Source: Victivallaceae bacterium
GTDB lineage: Bacteria > Verrucomicrobiota > Lentisphaeria > Victivallales > Victivallaceae
Reading direction: 5' to 3'
NCBI GenBank assembly: GCA_045605205.1
Contig: JAZUPO010000229.1
Span: 1-54,154 of the forward strand
DNA: 54,154 nucleotides
Shown here: positions 53,389-54,154 of the stretch, piece by piece
Layout: each line of letters begins with the position of its first letter
Numbering within the stretch: the first letter of the stretch is position 1
Program-made: the position numbers and the translations under genes
The notes under the pieces: generated by a model
Seen by the model: only the letters and a program-made list of their open reading frames with translations
The model's database searches: none
What the model was told of the DNA's origin: nothing

Positions 53389-54154
53389 TGTCGGCGATAC
53401 CATTTGCAACTGTACTCTTTTGCAAAAGTGCGGCGAAGGGGCTTACGGAGAAGTCTGGCTTGCCCGCGATACTATCGGTGCCAACGTAGCTTTGAAAATC
53501 ATCAAAAATGGCGGCAGGTATTCTGAAAGAGAACTTGCGGGACTTAAAAATTACAAAGACTGCAACCACCCCAACTTGCTGAAGATCCGTTATGTGGAAA
53601 TTACCGATGCACAAATCATCTGCATTATGGATGCCGCTGATGACCTCAATCACGGTAACGGCGAATATAAGCCCGATACTCTTGCCAACCGTTTGAGAAA
53701 ATACGGCAGGCTGGACGGCAAAGAGATCACAGATATGCTCGACGGTTTGCTTTCTGGTCTTGAAGAACTCCACAAACACGGACTGGTTCACCGGGACATA
53801 AAGCCTGATAACATCCTGTGGGTAAATGGCAGAGCCACCCTTGCCGATGTGGGGTTGATCGCCTTTGAAGGCGCAGGTTCACTGGTGGGCACACCGGGTT
53901 TTCTTTCGCCACGGGTGCTTGAAGGGAATCCAGCCGAAGCCAGTGACGACTTTTATGCTCTGGGCAAAGTGATTTACTGTGCCTTGACCGGACTTGCAGT
54001 TACCGAATATCCGAGTATCCCTGCCGATATGACCATCAGCGTGGATGCCAATTTAAATAAAGCCTTACGGACAAGCTGTGCTGTTCCCATCAATTCCACA
54101 GCAGAGTTCAGGAAACTTTTGGCTGGCAAGCAAATCACTCCCACCCCGCAGAAA
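53378..54154 (+). CDS. Serine/threonine protein kinase (3' end outside window)
   Basis: Not in the ORF track because it is open-ended. It starts at ATG 53378, overlapping the sigma gene by 11 nt. Motifs are GEGAYGEVW, VALKII, HRDIKPDNIL, DVG and GTPGFLSP. Confidence 0.85.
   Translation, partial: MSYNVGDTICNCTLLQKCGEGAYGEVWLARDTIGANVALKIIKNGGRYSERELAGLKNYKDCNHPNLLKIRYVEITDAQIICIMDAADDLNHGNGEYKPDTLANRLRKYGRLDGKEITDMLDGLLSGLEELHKHGLVHRDIKPDNILWVNGRATLADVGLIAFEGAGSLVGTPGFLSPRVLEGNPAEASDDFYALGKVIYCALTGLAVTEYPSIPADMTISVDANLNKALRTSCAVPINSTAEFRKLLAGKQITPTPQK

Noticed and set aside
1-54154. CRISPR arrays, tRNA/rRNA genes, IS elements, integrases and prophage structural genes.
   Set aside because: I saw no regularly spaced repeats, no cloverleaf-like or rRNA-like segments in the intergenic regions, and no transposase or integrase motifs in any ORF.

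Overview
This 54-kb window appears to come from a PVC-superphylum-like bacterium (Lentisphaerota, Kiritimatiellota or Verrucomicrobiota style). The taxonomic hints are a DUF1559 prepilin-type protein, a 51-aa small basic protein, and an overlapping ECF sigma / Ser-Thr kinase pair. I found no rRNA, tRNA, CRISPR array, transposase or integrase.

Positions 1-41 kb are mostly core metabolism and housekeeping. They carry an aminotransferase, rluA-like, mcsA-mcsB, araB, pyrH, ispE, gmhB, sdaA with a permease, putP, a histidine kinase and a RumA-like methyltransferase. This part also holds a six-gene complex-I / group-4-hydrogenase-like operon (8074-15098, minus strand). Its catalytic-type subunit has lost all four NiFe cysteine ligands, so it is Ehr-like and not a true hydrogenase.

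Positions 41.2-51.9 kb look like an accessory/defence island, bounded by 32-33-bp imperfect direct repeats that double as promoters.
- It contains a frameshifted YagK/inovirus-Gp2-like relic.
- It contains an overlapping DUF3791-DUF3990-DUF3791/HTH cassette, a candidate ADP-ribosyltransferase-like toxin module.
- It contains a Type I R-M operon hsdM-(four-helix-bundle)-hsdS-(unknown 242/243 aa)-(BroN-Fic)-hsdR.
- The Fic cassette is flanked by a 23-nt duplication of the hsdR 5' end.
- The unknown gene sits in a sharply AT-rich block that also covers the second hsdS target-recognition domain.

Right of the island lie a zinc-ribbon/glycine-zipper small-protein pair and the ECF sigma-kinase pair.

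A consistent promoter signature (TTGnnA, 16-17 nt, TATATT) precedes most transcription units and helps fix start codons. All family assignments come from motif recognition by eye and from memory. No database search was run.
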